In this document: piece by piece, positions 46,447-56,296 of the stretch
How positions within the stretch are numbered: the stretch's first letter is position 1
Layout: each line of letters opens with the position of its first letter
Notes under the pieces: generated by a model
The model's database searches: none
What the model was told of the DNA's origin: nothing
The model's input: only the letters and a program-made list of their open reading frames with translations
Assembly (NCBI GenBank): GCA_039794085.1
Contig: JBDIWC010000007.1
Location: 1 to 64,000, forward strand
DNA: 64,000 nucleotides
Source of the DNA: Gemmatimonadales bacterium
Lineage (GTDB): Bacteria > Gemmatimonadota > Gemmatimonadetes > Gemmatimonadales > GWC2-71-9
Reading direction: 5' to 3'
Program-made: the position numbers and the translations under genes

Positions 46447-49400
46447 GGAGACTCCGGTCGAAGGGGCGGGGGCCGCTTCACGAGAAGGAGGCGATGCAGC
46501 AGCAGGTGCCCGCGTTTGAGGTCGGTGAGCCCGGTCGAGGTCTGGACCCGCTCGATGCGGTCATCGGGGATCGCGTCGAGCCGAAGGGTGCGCCAGGGTC
46601 CCGGGGGCACCGGAACCACCACCTGCTCGTACTGGGCACGGCCCGGCCGGTGGGAAAACACCACCGGCTCCCCATCACCCGACAGCGTCACCACCACCCG
46701 CTGGAGGTCGCGGCCGCCGAGATCGAGGATCAGAAGGTGTTCCTCGGTGAGGGTCCAGTCGACGTCCCGCTCCATGGCCCCCGCGCGCTGGCTCACCAGA
46801 TCGAGCAGGTCGGTGCGACGGGCCAGGCGCTCACCCTGCACCAGCCGCCATCGTTCGAGAGGGGCAAAGGACGCGCTGAAGGTCTCCTCCTCGACCGCGG
46901 GCACAGGCGGGACGGGACGCCAGTCCGGATTCCCTTCCCGCGAGACCAGCTCCGCCCCGACGATCAGGCCCAGGGCCCGATCCACCTCGGAGCGGTGGAG
47001 GCCCCCGAGGGCGAGCACCGACTCCACGGCGAGGGTATCCAGGGGACCCGGCAGGATCACGCCGGAGACCGAGTCGAGTGAGAAAGGCAGCAATCCCGTG
47101 ATTTCGACTCCGAGGACGCGGGGCCATCCGCCGCTCCCGTAGCGCCAGTTCTTTCGTTGGAGTACGAGTCCGGACCCATTGTCGAGAAGCCGGTTCCAGA
47201 GCAGCAGAGGGGTGGAGCGGTCCTTCACCTCGATGCCGCGGAAACCGCTCTCGATCGTGTTGGCCACCACCACCGGGGCGCTGGCCTCCCCGACGGAGAT
47301 CCCCTTGTCTCCCGACCCCCGGAACGTGTTCCCGGCGATCAAGGGCGAGGAGCCCATCAGGTCGATGGCATCGCCTCCACTCCCGAGAAAGCGGGAGTCG
47401 ACGATGGCCCCGGTGGACATGTCGTAATCGATCGCATCCGAATTGGCGTTCACCAGGTCGCTCCGGACCACCCGGGCCTCGCCCATCAGAACATGGAGGA
47501 GGTCATCCGACCGGACATTGTCGGCGAACCGGCTGTCCTCGAAGCCCACATTCCGGGCCGCGTGGACGTTGATCGCCCCGATGTACTCCACGCCGTCCAC
47601 GAGGGCCCCCCCGCCGCCCTCCACCTGCAGGAACCGGAACCGGCTCCCGCTGGCTCCCCGTCCCTGCAGGGCAATCGTACCCCACGGTCTCGCCGGATCG
47701 AGACGGAGCACCCGGATGGGCCGGTCCGCCGTTCCATTGGCCAGAATCGGGGCCCGGCTCACGAGGGAGACCTCGGGACCGAGCCGGATCGTGGTCCCGG
47801 GCTCGATCCGGAGGGTATCGCCGGGGGGGAGCCGCAGGGTTTCGGTGAGCCGGATATCCCCCGACCAGCGCCGGGGAGTGGAGGTCGGAACCGGAAACTC
47901 CCAGGGGCTGAAGGAGGTCCCGGGTTCGATGAGGGACCCCATCGCCCATTCCCGAGGTTCCACCGGGGTTCCGGTGATCCGGTTCTGCAGCACCGGGATG
48001 AGGTGCCGCGCACCGGCTCCCTCGACAAAGATTCGATAGTGGACCCGGCCCGCGGCAATCCCCCGCTCCGGGGTGCTCCACCCCGGAAGAAGGGCGACCG
48101 GGGTGCGCGCCAGGAAACTCCACCCCGCGCCGTCCCGCTCCCACCGTCCGGCGACTCGCCGGTCCGAACGATCGAGCACTCCATTGCGATCAGTGTCCAG
48201 AACCACGTCTCCCGGCGGTGCGCCGGCGGCGAGGCGAAGGGACACGAGGTCCGCCCCGGTCATTCCCCTGCTCTCGACATCGAGCAGGGCCAGCGACCCC
48301 GCGGATCCGCCGGCCACCACCATGTGCACATCTCCGATCCAGCGATCGAGGACCGCGAGGTTGTGGTGCAGCAGGGTGCGCGAGGAGTCCACCGATCCCA
48401 CCGGCGGAATCACCCCGGCCCGCAGAGTCTCGAAGCGGAGGTAGGGGTGGAAGCGCGCGGTCACCCCGTCGAGAATCGAGTCGGCGTGACTCGCCAGCCC
48501 CGCCTGCATCGCGTCATGCGTCCGGCGCATCGCGGCGTCCACCAGGAACGGATCGCGCAGGGCCTGCTGCCAGAACTCGTTCACGCCGATGCTCGGCCGT
48601 TCCAGGTCGAGGAGCCGAAGGTCCCACGGAAGGGGAGAGAGCAGGTTGTCGGTGGGGTCCTGGTACCAGAACTGGTTGTGGACATCATCCATGTGATAGG
48701 GGTCGCCCACCACGAGCAGGGCCGCCAGGAGCGCGCCGAGGTGGGCGGTGTCCACCACGGCCATGAGATCCCGGTGTTGGTCCGCCGTCGTTCCGCGGAG
48801 CCGTTCCAGCAGATCGAGGATCCGGGTGGGGGGGGGACCGGAGGGTCGGTCGTTCAGGGCCACCCGGTCCCAGATGTACGGATTGCGGAAGAGACTCCGG
48901 GGGAGCCCCTTGTAATACTCGCTCCGTTCCGCGGCGTCGCCGCGATAGATGTTCCCGGGCATCCGTCCCTGGAGGCGGAGCATCGATTCGTCAGCGATCT
49001 CGATCATCCGGTACAACCCGGCAAAGCGCTGGTTCACGAAGACCGGCACGATCTCCTGGCGCGACCCGGGAAGTCCGAAGGTCTGGGCCACCTGCGCCGC
49101 CAGATATTGGGGCACCACGTCCTTCACCGAGAATCCCAGGGTGCGGTATCCGCGCTGGAGGGATTCCCGGGGGGTCCGCAACGTGAAACTGACCTTGGGG
49201 CTCAGCCAGTGGATGCTGTTGTCACCGCGTTTGCGCAACCGAACCCGATCGAGCCGTCCCTGATGCACCACCGTGGCGTCGGTCCAGGCATCGAATCCCT
49301 CCTGCGGGTTGCCGGCCAGGGCGCGCCAGTCGGCGGCGGGGAGAACGAGAGTGAGCACCGCGGGATCATCCTCGTCCGCCTCGAGGTCGCGATCGATGCG

Positions 49401-49643
49401 CACCAGCGACAGGGTGTTCCTCATGACGGAGGCCCGGGCCCGGAACTCTCCCGACAGGCTGCGGGAACGGGACCAGAAATCGTCGAAGTGCAGGGCCGTC
49501 GCATAGGACGCCACGGATTGCAACAGGAGGTAGGCCCCGGCCGTGACGGGAAGCGCGGACGCGAGCACCACGTCGATGAGCCGGAGCCTCCGCCACCACG
49601 GGGCCCGGCTCCCGGGAAGCCCCCGGCGAGGAAAGCGGCTCAC
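46443..49643 (-). CDS. CotH kinase family protein fused to a right-handed beta-helix
   Basis: N-terminal TM; KRGDNS, VFVNQRFAGLYRMIE, HNQFWY, PLPWDL; LRIEPGTTI, PWG, SDAIDYD, GDAIDLM, GDKGISVGE repeats. Confidence 0.88.
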   Translation of the reverse strand: MSRFPRRGLPGSRAPWWRRLRLIDVVLASALPVTAGAYLLLQSVASYATALHFDDFWSRSRSLSGEFRARASVMRNTLSLVRIDRDLEADEDDPAVLTLVLPAADWRALAGNPQEGFDAWTDATVVHQGRLDRVRLRKRGDNSIHWLSPKVSFTLRTPRESLQRGYRTLGFSVKDVVPQYLAAQVAQTFGLPGSRQEIVPVFVNQRFAGLYRMIEIADESMLRLQGRMPGNIYRGDAAERSEYYKGLPRSLFRNPYIWDRVALNDRPSGPPPTRILDLLERLRGTTADQHRDLMAVVDTAHLGALLAALLVVGDPYHMDDVHNQFWYQDPTDNLLSPLPWDLRLLDLERPSIGVNEFWQQALRDPFLVDAAMRRTHDAMQAGLASHADSILDGVTARFHPYLRFETLRAGVIPPVGSVDSSRTLLHHNLAVLDRWIGDVHMVVAGGSAGSLALLDVESRGMTGADLVSLRLAAGAPPGDVVLDTDRNGVLDRSDRRVAGRWERDGAGWSFLARTPVALLPGWSTPERGIAAGRVHYRIFVEGAGARHLIPVLQNRITGTPVEPREWAMGSLIEPGTSFSPWEFPVPTSTPRRWSGDIRLTETLRLPPGDTLRIEPGTTIRLGPEVSLVSRAPILANGTADRPIRVLRLDPARPWGTIALQGRGASGSRFRFLQVEGGGGALVDGVEYIGAINVHAARNVGFEDSRFADNVRSDDLLHVLMGEARVVRSDLVNANSDAIDYDMSTGAIVDSRFLGSGGDAIDLMGSSPLIAGNTFRGSGDKGISVGEASAPVVVANTIESGFRGIEVKDRSTPLLLWNRLLDNGSGLVLQRKNWRYGSGGWPRVLGVEITGLLPFSLDSVSGVILPGPLDTLAVESVLALGGLHRSEVDRALGLIVGAELVSREGNPDWRPVPPVPAVEEETFSASFAPLERWRLVQGERLARRTDLLDLVSQRAGAMERDVDWTLTEEHLLILDLGGRDLQRVVVTLSGDGEPVVFSHRPGRAQYEQVVVPVPPGPWRTLRLDAIPDDRIERVQTSTGLTDLKRGHLLLHRLLLVKRPPPLRPESP

Positions 49644-50731
49644 CCGGGGACCTCGATGCGGTCGGCCACCGTCTGGTCCGGTACCACCACCACCCGGGCG
49701 GCGGACCGACGCGGGCCGTCGGGGTCGAGCCGGTTGCGGTAACTCGTCTCCACCATCGTCCAGGTCTCCTCGTCCACCGGCCGCCGGATCCGGACTTGGA
49801 AGCGGAGACGGACGCCGTCCGACGTCCCGGCCGGGACGGGCACCACCACCTCGGTTCCGGGACTGCCCGGCCCGGCGACCACGGGATCCCCCGTGGACCC
49901 TCGGGTGGTCACCGGTCCGGGAACGCCAGCCCGGAGCGGCAGATCCACCCGCACGTTCCGGATGTCGAGGGGAAATCCGGCCGTCCCCAGACGCACCGAC
50001 GAGGAGTCGGGGAAACTCCCGGTGAGGGTCACCTCATGCCAGACCCCATCCACCGGCACCACCGACCAGGTGGTACTCGTCCCGACATGCACGGCGAGGG
50101 CGAGATACTGTTGTGCCTCGAGGAAGGATTCCCACCGGGTGATCACCTCGGCGAAGGCACCGCGATCGAAATCATAGCGGAGCACCCCACGCAACGAGGG
50201 GAGATGGGTCGGGTGAATCTCCAGCACCCGGGCAAAGGCGTCTCTCGCCTCCACCGGAATGGTCCAGGTGCCCTCCAGGCGCTCCCACGCGGCGCCGAGT
50301 TCGTAGCTGTTGCGATAGTTCCGGGGGTCGTACGCCTGCGCGGCCTGGTAGGCCAGGAGGGCCCGGTTGGGGCGTCCCTGGGCCTCATAGGTGCGGGCCA
50401 GCGTGTGGAGGAGTCGCTCCCGTTCGGTGTCCCGTCGTCCGCGCGCCGTGCGGGCCGGGAAGCGGCGATCGAGGTCGAGGAGATGCGCCTCGGCCTCGTC
50501 GAGCCGACCCTCCGCCAGGAGAAGCTCCCCTCGGTCCACCGCGCGGACCCACCCCGTCTCCCGGTCCCGCAGGAGGCGCTCCACCCGCCAGAAGACCCGG
50601 TCGCGGAGGGGCGGAAGCACCAGGAGGGCGAGTCCGAGAGCCAGGAGCGCCACCCAGGCCGTGAGAAAGCGGCGTTCGTGCCGGTAGTAGAAGGTCCGCA
50701 CCGGGGAGGACTCGCCGGGATGGTTCATCAC
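49640..50731 (-). CDS. Membrane-anchored TPR protein with C-terminal beta domain
   Basis: N-terminal TM; LARTYEAQGRPNRALLAYQAAQAYDP and ARDAFARVLEIHPTH TPR-like helices. Confidence 0.8.
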   Translation of the reverse strand: MMNHPGESSPVRTFYYRHERRFLTAWVALLALGLALLVLPPLRDRVFWRVERLLRDRETGWVRAVDRGELLLAEGRLDEAEAHLLDLDRRFPARTARGRRDTERERLLHTLARTYEAQGRPNRALLAYQAAQAYDPRNYRNSYELGAAWERLEGTWTIPVEARDAFARVLEIHPTHLPSLRGVLRYDFDRGAFAEVITRWESFLEAQQYLALAVHVGTSTTWSVVPVDGVWHEVTLTGSFPDSSSVRLGTAGFPLDIRNVRVDLPLRAGVPGPVTTRGSTGDPVVAGPGSPGTEVVVPVPAGTSDGVRLRFQVRIRRPVDEETWTMVETSYRNRLDPDGPRRSAARVVVVPDQTVADRIEVPG

Positions 50732-51426
50732 ACGTTGATGTTTTCCTGGCCGACGAGAATGGCCACCTTGTGATTCCTCACCAACGGCCGGAGATCGTCG
50801 AGGAGGGTGGCCTCCGAGACCCGCGGCCTGAGCTCCACCGAGTACACGAGTTCCACCACGTCGCCCTCACCCAGGGTCTCCACGCTCAAGAGCGAGGCCT
50901 CGCGCAGATGGCGGTGGAACACCTCGGTGAAGACCGTGTGATAGTCGAGGTCGGAGGGGAGGTGCACCTTGAGGAGGGCCTCGCGACTGGTCGCCGCCCC
51001 GATCTCGAACCGGCTCAGAGTGTAGATCATCCCCCCCATCGCCAGGGCAAAGATGACGGCGGTGAGGTAGAACCCGGTGCCGGTGGCCATCCCGACGGCC
51101 ATGGCCACGAAGATGAAGGCCACGTCCCGGCTGTCCTTGACCGCATTCCGGAAGCGAATGATCGAGAGGGCCCCGACCAGGGTGAACGCCCGCGCAATGT
51201 TGCTTCCGATCACGAGCATGATAAGGGAGATGGTGACCCCCATGATGATCATGGCATGCACGAACGACACCGAGTAGGAGAGCCCGCGGTGGGAGATCCG
51301 GTACACGTACGCCAGGAGCAGGTTGAGCACGAAGCTCAACCCGAGGGCCACCACGGTTTCCCAGACGCCAAATCCCCCGACCTGCGAGGCGCCCGACGTC
51401 AACTGTCTGATGAATTCGTCCACCAC
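50728..51426 (-). CDS. DUF4956 family membrane protein
   Basis: IGSNIARAFTLVGALSIIRFRNAVKD, AVGMATGTG; soluble C-terminal domain. Confidence 0.9.
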   Translation of the reverse strand: MVDEFIRQLTSGASQVGGFGVWETVVALGLSFVLNLLLAYVYRISHRGLSYSVSFVHAMIIMGVTISLIMLVIGSNIARAFTLVGALSIIRFRNAVKDSRDVAFIFVAMAVGMATGTGFYLTAVIFALAMGGMIYTLSRFEIGAATSREALLKVHLPSDLDYHTVFTEVFHRHLREASLLSVETLGEGDVVELVYSVELRPRVSEATLLDDLRPLVRNHKVAILVGQENINV

Positions 51427-51442
51427 GCCTCCTGACAGGAGT

Positions 51443-52153
51443 TCAGGTGAGTGCGCCGCCGTACACGGCTCGATCCACGGCGGAGCAGTACTTGGACATG
51501 CGCACCATCGGTAGCCCGAGCCGGGCGATCGACTTGGTGAGCCAGAGCGGCGCCCCTCCGGTGAACTTCACTTCCATGACCGCGGTGCGGGGATCGAGCA
51601 CCGCGGCCCCGGTGTCGAAGGGGGTGACCAGATCGAACCCGGTCGTCCGGTACTGGATGCGGGTATCGAAGTTGACCCGCAGTGCCGGCTCGTAACGCCC
51701 CATGAAGGCTCGCCGCCGATACCGGATCGCGCACCGGGGCGCCAGGTTGTGACGCCGAAAGAGGGTCCAGGCCTCCCGCATCACCGGATCGGTCACATCG
51801 TCACCCGGGTGCGTTACGAACCGTTCCCGGGCCTCCGCCACCGACATCCGCAATCGGCGCTTCTGCTGGGTCCGGTCCACCCGCTGCTTGATCTCCAGAA
51901 AGAGTTCCTCGCTCCCCACATAGCGCCGGAGACGCACCTTGCGCCGGACCATGAGGCCCTCGACCTTTTCCCAGAAGAGGGAGTACTCGGGGGAATCCCA
52001 GTAGACGCTGTAGACCGCATACCCCCACTCCGGATCCCCGTGCTCATCGGCCGTGAGGTACTCGCCGAGCGCGGCCCGGATGGCCGAGACCTCCCGCGCC
52101 GCCACGAGATACTTGAGCTCATAGCGGTTCCGGGTGTCGGTCAGATGTGGCAT
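51443..52153 (-). CDS. VTC (polyphosphate polymerase, CYTH/TTM-like) domain protein
   Basis: RYELKY, YSVYWDS, RRKVRLRRY, FLEIK, YRRRAF, RVNFD, VMEVK, SKYC. Confidence 0.92.
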   Translation of the reverse strand: MPHLTDTRNRYELKYLVAAREVSAIRAALGEYLTADEHGDPEWGYAVYSVYWDSPEYSLFWEKVEGLMVRRKVRLRRYVGSEELFLEIKQRVDRTQQKRRLRMSVAEARERFVTHPGDDVTDPVMREAWTLFRRHNLAPRCAIRYRRRAFMGRYEPALRVNFDTRIQYRTTGFDLVTPFDTGAAVLDPRTAVMEVKFTGGAPLWLTKSIARLGLPMVRMSKYCSAVDRAVYGGALT

Positions 52154-52180
52154 GGCACCGCTCCCTGTCGGAACGTGCTC

Positions 52181-52196
52181 TGCATCGCAAGTCCCA
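52181..52196 (-). promoter_or_regulatory. Candidate sigma54 promoter of the VTC-CotH module
   Basis: TGGGACTTGCGATGCA, GG-N10-GC, 28 nt before the ATG. Confidence 0.5.
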
Positions 52197-52210
52197 TGCC
52201 CTCCGGGACC

Positions 52211-53632
52211 TCACACAGTCTGGGCTCCGCGCCCAGTGCGCACCAGGCGCAGTCCTCCCCCCGGAGCCAGCGCGAGCAGGTAGACCAGTGCTCCCGTGGG
52301 CACGCCGATCCACAGCGGAAGAGGAACCGCCCAGAGGACGAGGGCCATGACCCCGGCGGCGAGTGCGGCGTGCCATCCCGCCGACACAATCCGGGCCTCG
52401 TACCCTTCACGGTGGGCGCTCCGCAGCACCAGGGCTGTCCGCACCAGTTCGGTTCCGAGGGTGGCACCGGCCGCCCCGAGGAGTCCCCACCGGGGGATGA
52501 GGAGGACATTGAGGACAAGGTTGACCGCGACGCCCCGAACCGAGGCCGCAAGCACCAGCGGATGGCGGTCTGAGGCGACCAGCCCCGCCTGTCCCACGTT
52601 GCGGAGGAGGGAGATCGGCAGGGAGAGGAGCAGCAGACCGAGGGCGGGGCCGCCACGCAGATACTCGGGCCCGTACAGAGTCTGCAGGAGGGACCCGGTC
52701 ACCAGCACGCCCCCCACCGCCACGGGAATCCCGAGCGCCAGCACCTGCCGTACTCCGAGTTGGAAAGCGCTCCGATCCACTCGTCCCTCCCCGTGAGATC
52801 GGGCCAGGGTGGGGAGAAGGCTGTGATAGTACGTGACCCCGATGTTCAGGAAGAAACTGACCGGGGCGTAGACCGCCACATACACGCCCACCGCCGCCGT
52901 CCCGTGAAAGCCCCTCAGGAAGAGCACATCGGCGTTGAACATGACGAGACCGAGCAGGGCATGGAGGGCCAGGGGACGTGCCGACCGGAGAACGGGGAGG
53001 GCCCGGTTCCACCATCCTCGCCAGCGGATCGGACCGATCACACCGGCGAGCCCGATGCCGAGCGAGGCGGCCCCCGCACCCTCCGCCGCCAGCTGAAGCA
53101 AGGGCACCCGGGTCAGATCGGCGCCTCGGCGCACCAGCAGCAACACCAGGAGGAGAAAGAGGCCGTCCGCGAGGATCCGGGCCCCGGCGGCGCTCCGGGC
53201 CCGCCCCAGCCCCAGGCAGGCCCAGCGCAGGTTCAGAGCCAGGGGAATCAGGGTCAGGGAGATCAGGGCCAGGATGGTCCCATCGGGGGCCGGCAGGAGG
53301 AGAATTCCTCCGAGCGATGTCACACCAATCAGGGCGAGAGCCAGCACCACCCGGGCGATGATCAGGGCGGGAGCGGTGTGTTGGAGGAAGGTCGGGTCCA
53401 GCGCCACTCGTCGCACGCCGACCGAATCGAGTCCGCCTTCGACCAGCACCACGAGATAGAGACGGACCGTGAGGGCGAAACCGATGACGCCGAACCCTTC
53501 GGCGCCGAGGGTCCGGGCCAGCACGATGGTGGCGACAAATCCGAGAATCCGTGCCGCCACTTCCCCCGAGGCGAGCACGGAAAAAAGCCGCCCCGGGGAG
53601 GGTCCTGGGGCGGAGGCACTCGGAGAGGTCAG
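52211..53632 (-). CDS. Wzx flippase (polysaccharide biosynthesis protein)
   Basis: LARTLGAEGFG, NADVLFL, VGVY, LYGPEY, NLVLNVLLIPRWGLLGAA; start uncertain (53578-53632). Confidence 0.9.
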   Translation of the reverse strand: MTSPSASAPGPSPGRLFSVLASGEVAARILGFVATIVLARTLGAEGFGVIGFALTVRLYLVVLVEGGLDSVGVRRVALDPTFLQHTAPALIIARVVLALALIGVTSLGGILLLPAPDGTILALISLTLIPLALNLRWACLGLGRARSAAGARILADGLFLLLVLLLVRRGADLTRVPLLQLAAEGAGAASLGIGLAGVIGPIRWRGWWNRALPVLRSARPLALHALLGLVMFNADVLFLRGFHGTAAVGVYVAVYAPVSFFLNIGVTYYHSLLPTLARSHGEGRVDRSAFQLGVRQVLALGIPVAVGGVLVTGSLLQTLYGPEYLRGGPALGLLLLSLPISLLRNVGQAGLVASDRHPLVLAASVRGVAVNLVLNVLLIPRWGLLGAAGATLGTELVRTALVLRSAHREGYEARIVSAGWHAALAAGVMALVLWAVPLPLWIGVPTGALVYLLALAPGGGLRLVRTGRGAQTV

Positions 53633-53925
53633 AGCCGGTACTCGGTCAGCTTGTTGTAGACCGTCCCGATGACTCGGCCGAAGCCGTACCCCACCACGAA
53701 TCCGTACACCGCTCCGATGAGGCTCCCGGGAAAGGACACCGAATACCCGGGGAAGAAGACGGCCAGAAGCTGGAGATGCTGCCCGGCATCGGGCCCCCCG
53801 CTCCAGACCAGAAAATTGGTCGCCAGGAAGAGGACACCCGCGCACACCAACCCGAAGGCGACACCCCAGGCCCGCCCGTTGAGCCGTTGAATGACCGCGG
53901 CCACTTCGGCTTGTTCCGTCGTCAT
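53629..53925 (-). CDS. Small 2-TM membrane protein
   Basis: RBS present; LLAVFFPGYSVSFPGSLIGAVYGFVVG; paralog of the neighbour. Confidence 0.8.
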   Translation of the reverse strand: MTTEQAEVAAVIQRLNGRAWGVAFGLVCAGVLFLATNFLVWSGGPDAGQHLQLLAVFFPGYSVSFPGSLIGAVYGFVVGYGFGRVIGTVYNKLTEYRL

Positions 53926-53964
53926 GAGGTCCCCCCCTGCGGGCGCCGGATCACAAGGCCCGGC

Positions 53965-54354
53965 TCAGATGTGGTCAAGAAAATCACGAGTCCGGGCCAG
54001 CTCGGCTCGGGTCCGAATGAGGAACACCTGGGTGGCGATCACGACGTTCCGGATGAAGGCCAGGAACCATCCCGCCACGGCCCCGACCACGAATCCCCAC
54101 CCGAATCCGATGAGCGCTCCGGTCCAGGAGACGGAGTAGCCGGCAAAGTAGGCCCCGAGCAGGTCGAGGGAGAACGTCGGGTCCGTGGGCACTCCGCCCC
54201 CCTCCACGAGGAGATCGATCACGGTCAGAAGGAGAATAAGGGCACCCGTGGCCGCGCCGACGGCGATGCCGAACCGGCGCTTGTGCAGGGGAGCGAAGGC
54301 GAAGGCGATCGCCTCCAGCGCGGGGGCGTCCGAAGCGGGGCGGGCTGGTGTCAT
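53965..54354 (-). CDS. Small 2-TM membrane protein
   Basis: GAGGAG RBS; LLGAYFAGYSVSWTGALIGFGWGFVVG. Confidence 0.8.
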   Translation of the reverse strand: MTPARPASDAPALEAIAFAFAPLHKRRFGIAVGAATGALILLLTVIDLLVEGGGVPTDPTFSLDLLGAYFAGYSVSWTGALIGFGWGFVVGAVAGWFLAFIRNVVIATQVFLIRTRAELARTRDFLDHI

Positions 54355-54406
54355 GGGTCACTCCTCACGGCCGGTGGCCCAAATATGGGAGATTGTCCCG
54401 GCGTCA

Positions 54407-55546
54407 TCAACCGGACCCTCCCACGACGCCCGGACGCGACCGCCGCCGCGGCACCTGGCGCTTCGGGACCGGTGGCCAATGCTGGAGCCCCACCTCCGCA
54501 TAGGCTTGCACCCGGGCCGAGGGCTGGGGGTCACCCACCACGTGGTGGAGCATCCATCCGAAGATGGCGGAACACGCGTTCAGGGCGTAGTACAGGAAGT
54601 TGAGCGGCACCACCCGCACCGCGAACCAGAGCCCGCGTTCGCGGAAAAAGAACCGGTAGAGCGACCGGTTGAGAAACAGCATGACGGCGACGATCCCGGT
54701 GGACACCACTCCGTACCAGGAATGACCGGTGACGACCCACCCGAGGAGAAGCAGGATCAGGAAGCCCACCAGGGCGGTCTTCACCTTCTCCACCGGGCGC
54801 AGGTTGAGCGACTGGACTGTGCCGGAGCCTCCGCGGCGGATCAGGAGCCGGGTCCAGGGGACGCCGCGATCGTTGAGGTCGGAGGTCACGACATCCCGCA
54901 GGCGCCACCGTTTCAGATGGGTCCCCTGGATCTCGGGACGCAGCAGGATGATGGCCCCGAGATCCCGCAGCCGGTTGCCGAGCTCGATGTCCTCGATCTG
55001 GGGGCGGGAGAACTGCCACTCATCGTACATCCCCGCGGCGCGGAACGCCTCGGTCCGGACGGCGCCGCACCCGGCCCAGAAGGTTTCGGCCTCGCCCCGG
55101 TCCCGGGCATGGAAGTGGTGATGGAGAAGGTTCCGGTACTGGGACACGAATCCCGGCGCCCGCGGGGTGGTGTCGTAGGATCCGAAGATGGCGCTGGCTC
55201 CGGGCGACTCCGCGAAGGCCCAGGCGAAGCGACGCAACGCATCCGCATGCACGCACACATCCGCATCAACGAACACGAGGATCTCCCCTCGCGCCACCTC
55301 GGACCCGCGATTGCGGGCATAGGAAGGCCCGTGGGGATCTCCGGGAAGCCGCACGATCACATCGGCATGGGTCGCGGCAATCTCCACCGTCCGATCGGTG
55401 CTCCCGTCGTCCACGACGATCAGTTCCCAGAGGTCCCGGGGGAGATCGCTTCCCCCGAGCGCGGCCAGGCACTCCGGCAACACACGCTCCCCCTGGTACA
55501 CCGGGACGATGACGGACAGGATCGGTGCCTCCCGCGGGGACCGCAC
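54407..55546 (-). CDS. GT2 glycosyltransferase with C-terminal TMs
   Basis: SVIVPVY, VDDGSTD, GPSYARNRG, FVDADV, IEDIELG. Confidence 0.92.
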   Translation of the reverse strand: MRSPREAPILSVIVPVYQGERVLPECLAALGGSDLPRDLWELIVVDDGSTDRTVEIAATHADVIVRLPGDPHGPSYARNRGSEVARGEILVFVDADVCVHADALRRFAWAFAESPGASAIFGSYDTTPRAPGFVSQYRNLLHHHFHARDRGEAETFWAGCGAVRTEAFRAAGMYDEWQFSRPQIEDIELGNRLRDLGAIILLRPEIQGTHLKRWRLRDVVTSDLNDRGVPWTRLLIRRGGSGTVQSLNLRPVEKVKTALVGFLILLLLGWVVTGHSWYGVVSTGIVAVMLFLNRSLYRFFFRERGLWFAVRVVPLNFLYYALNACSAIFGWMLHHVVGDPQPSARVQAYAEVGLQHWPPVPKRQVPRRRSRPGVVGGSG

Positions 55547-56293
55547 TCAGCCCGCTCCCCCCCCGCTCACCGCGCGCCGTACATCGCGCAGGGCGGCGCG
55601 CCAGCGGAGACGCAGGTGAAACTCCGTCCCCCCCCACCCATGCAGGGCTCCGATGTCCCGGACATACCACATGTCGAGCCGCGGCAGGCACAGCGCATCG
55701 GTCCCGTCCCGCAGGGCGGCGTACCGGGTGGTGCACCCCACCCGGTGGACCCGGGCCGCGACGGCAGTCACCGTTTTGTTGACCTCCCCGTACGGGTAGG
55801 CGAAGGCAGTCGGACGCTGGCCGGTCCGGTGCTCCAGCTCGTCGGCCGCCCCGCGGATTTCCTCCTCCAGTTGCTCGCCGTCACACGCCGTGAGGTCGGG
55901 ATGGGTCCGCGAATGGGACCCCAGGGTGACCCCCCGGGAGGCCAGGTCCGACAAAGAGTCCCAGTCGGCCAGGGGAAGCGTCGGGATGCCGCGCACCGCG
56001 CGCCCCCCCCATTCATTGGTGCGTCCCACCGCTCCGCTGACCACGAAGGCGGTGACCGGCAGCCCGTGCTCCAGGAGCAGGGGAGCGGCGAGAGTGGCGA
56101 AGTTCTGAAAGGCGTCGTCGAAGGTGAGGGACACGGCGTCGGTGTCATCGGGCAGAGCCAGCAGCTCCTCCAGGGACACGACCTTCACCCGGCCCGACGC
56201 CAGCCACGCCACGTGCTCCCGGAACACCTCCTCCGAGACCGAAATCGGCGAACCGGATCCGTCGATCGAGTGCCAGGTCAGAATGGCGCGCAC
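55547..56293 (-). CDS. Polysaccharide deacetylase (CE4/NodB)
   Basis: ILTWH, LTFDDA, GSHSRTHPDL, FAYPYG, LPR. Confidence 0.92.
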   Translation of the reverse strand: MRAILTWHSIDGSGSPISVSEEVFREHVAWLASGRVKVVSLEELLALPDDTDAVSLTFDDAFQNFATLAAPLLLEHGLPVTAFVVSGAVGRTNEWGGRAVRGIPTLPLADWDSLSDLASRGVTLGSHSRTHPDLTACDGEQLEEEIRGAADELEHRTGQRPTAFAYPYGEVNKTVTAVAARVHRVGCTTRYAALRDGTDALCLPRLDMWYVRDIGALHGWGGTEFHLRLRWRAALRDVRRAVSGGGAG

Positions 56294-56296
56294 CGG

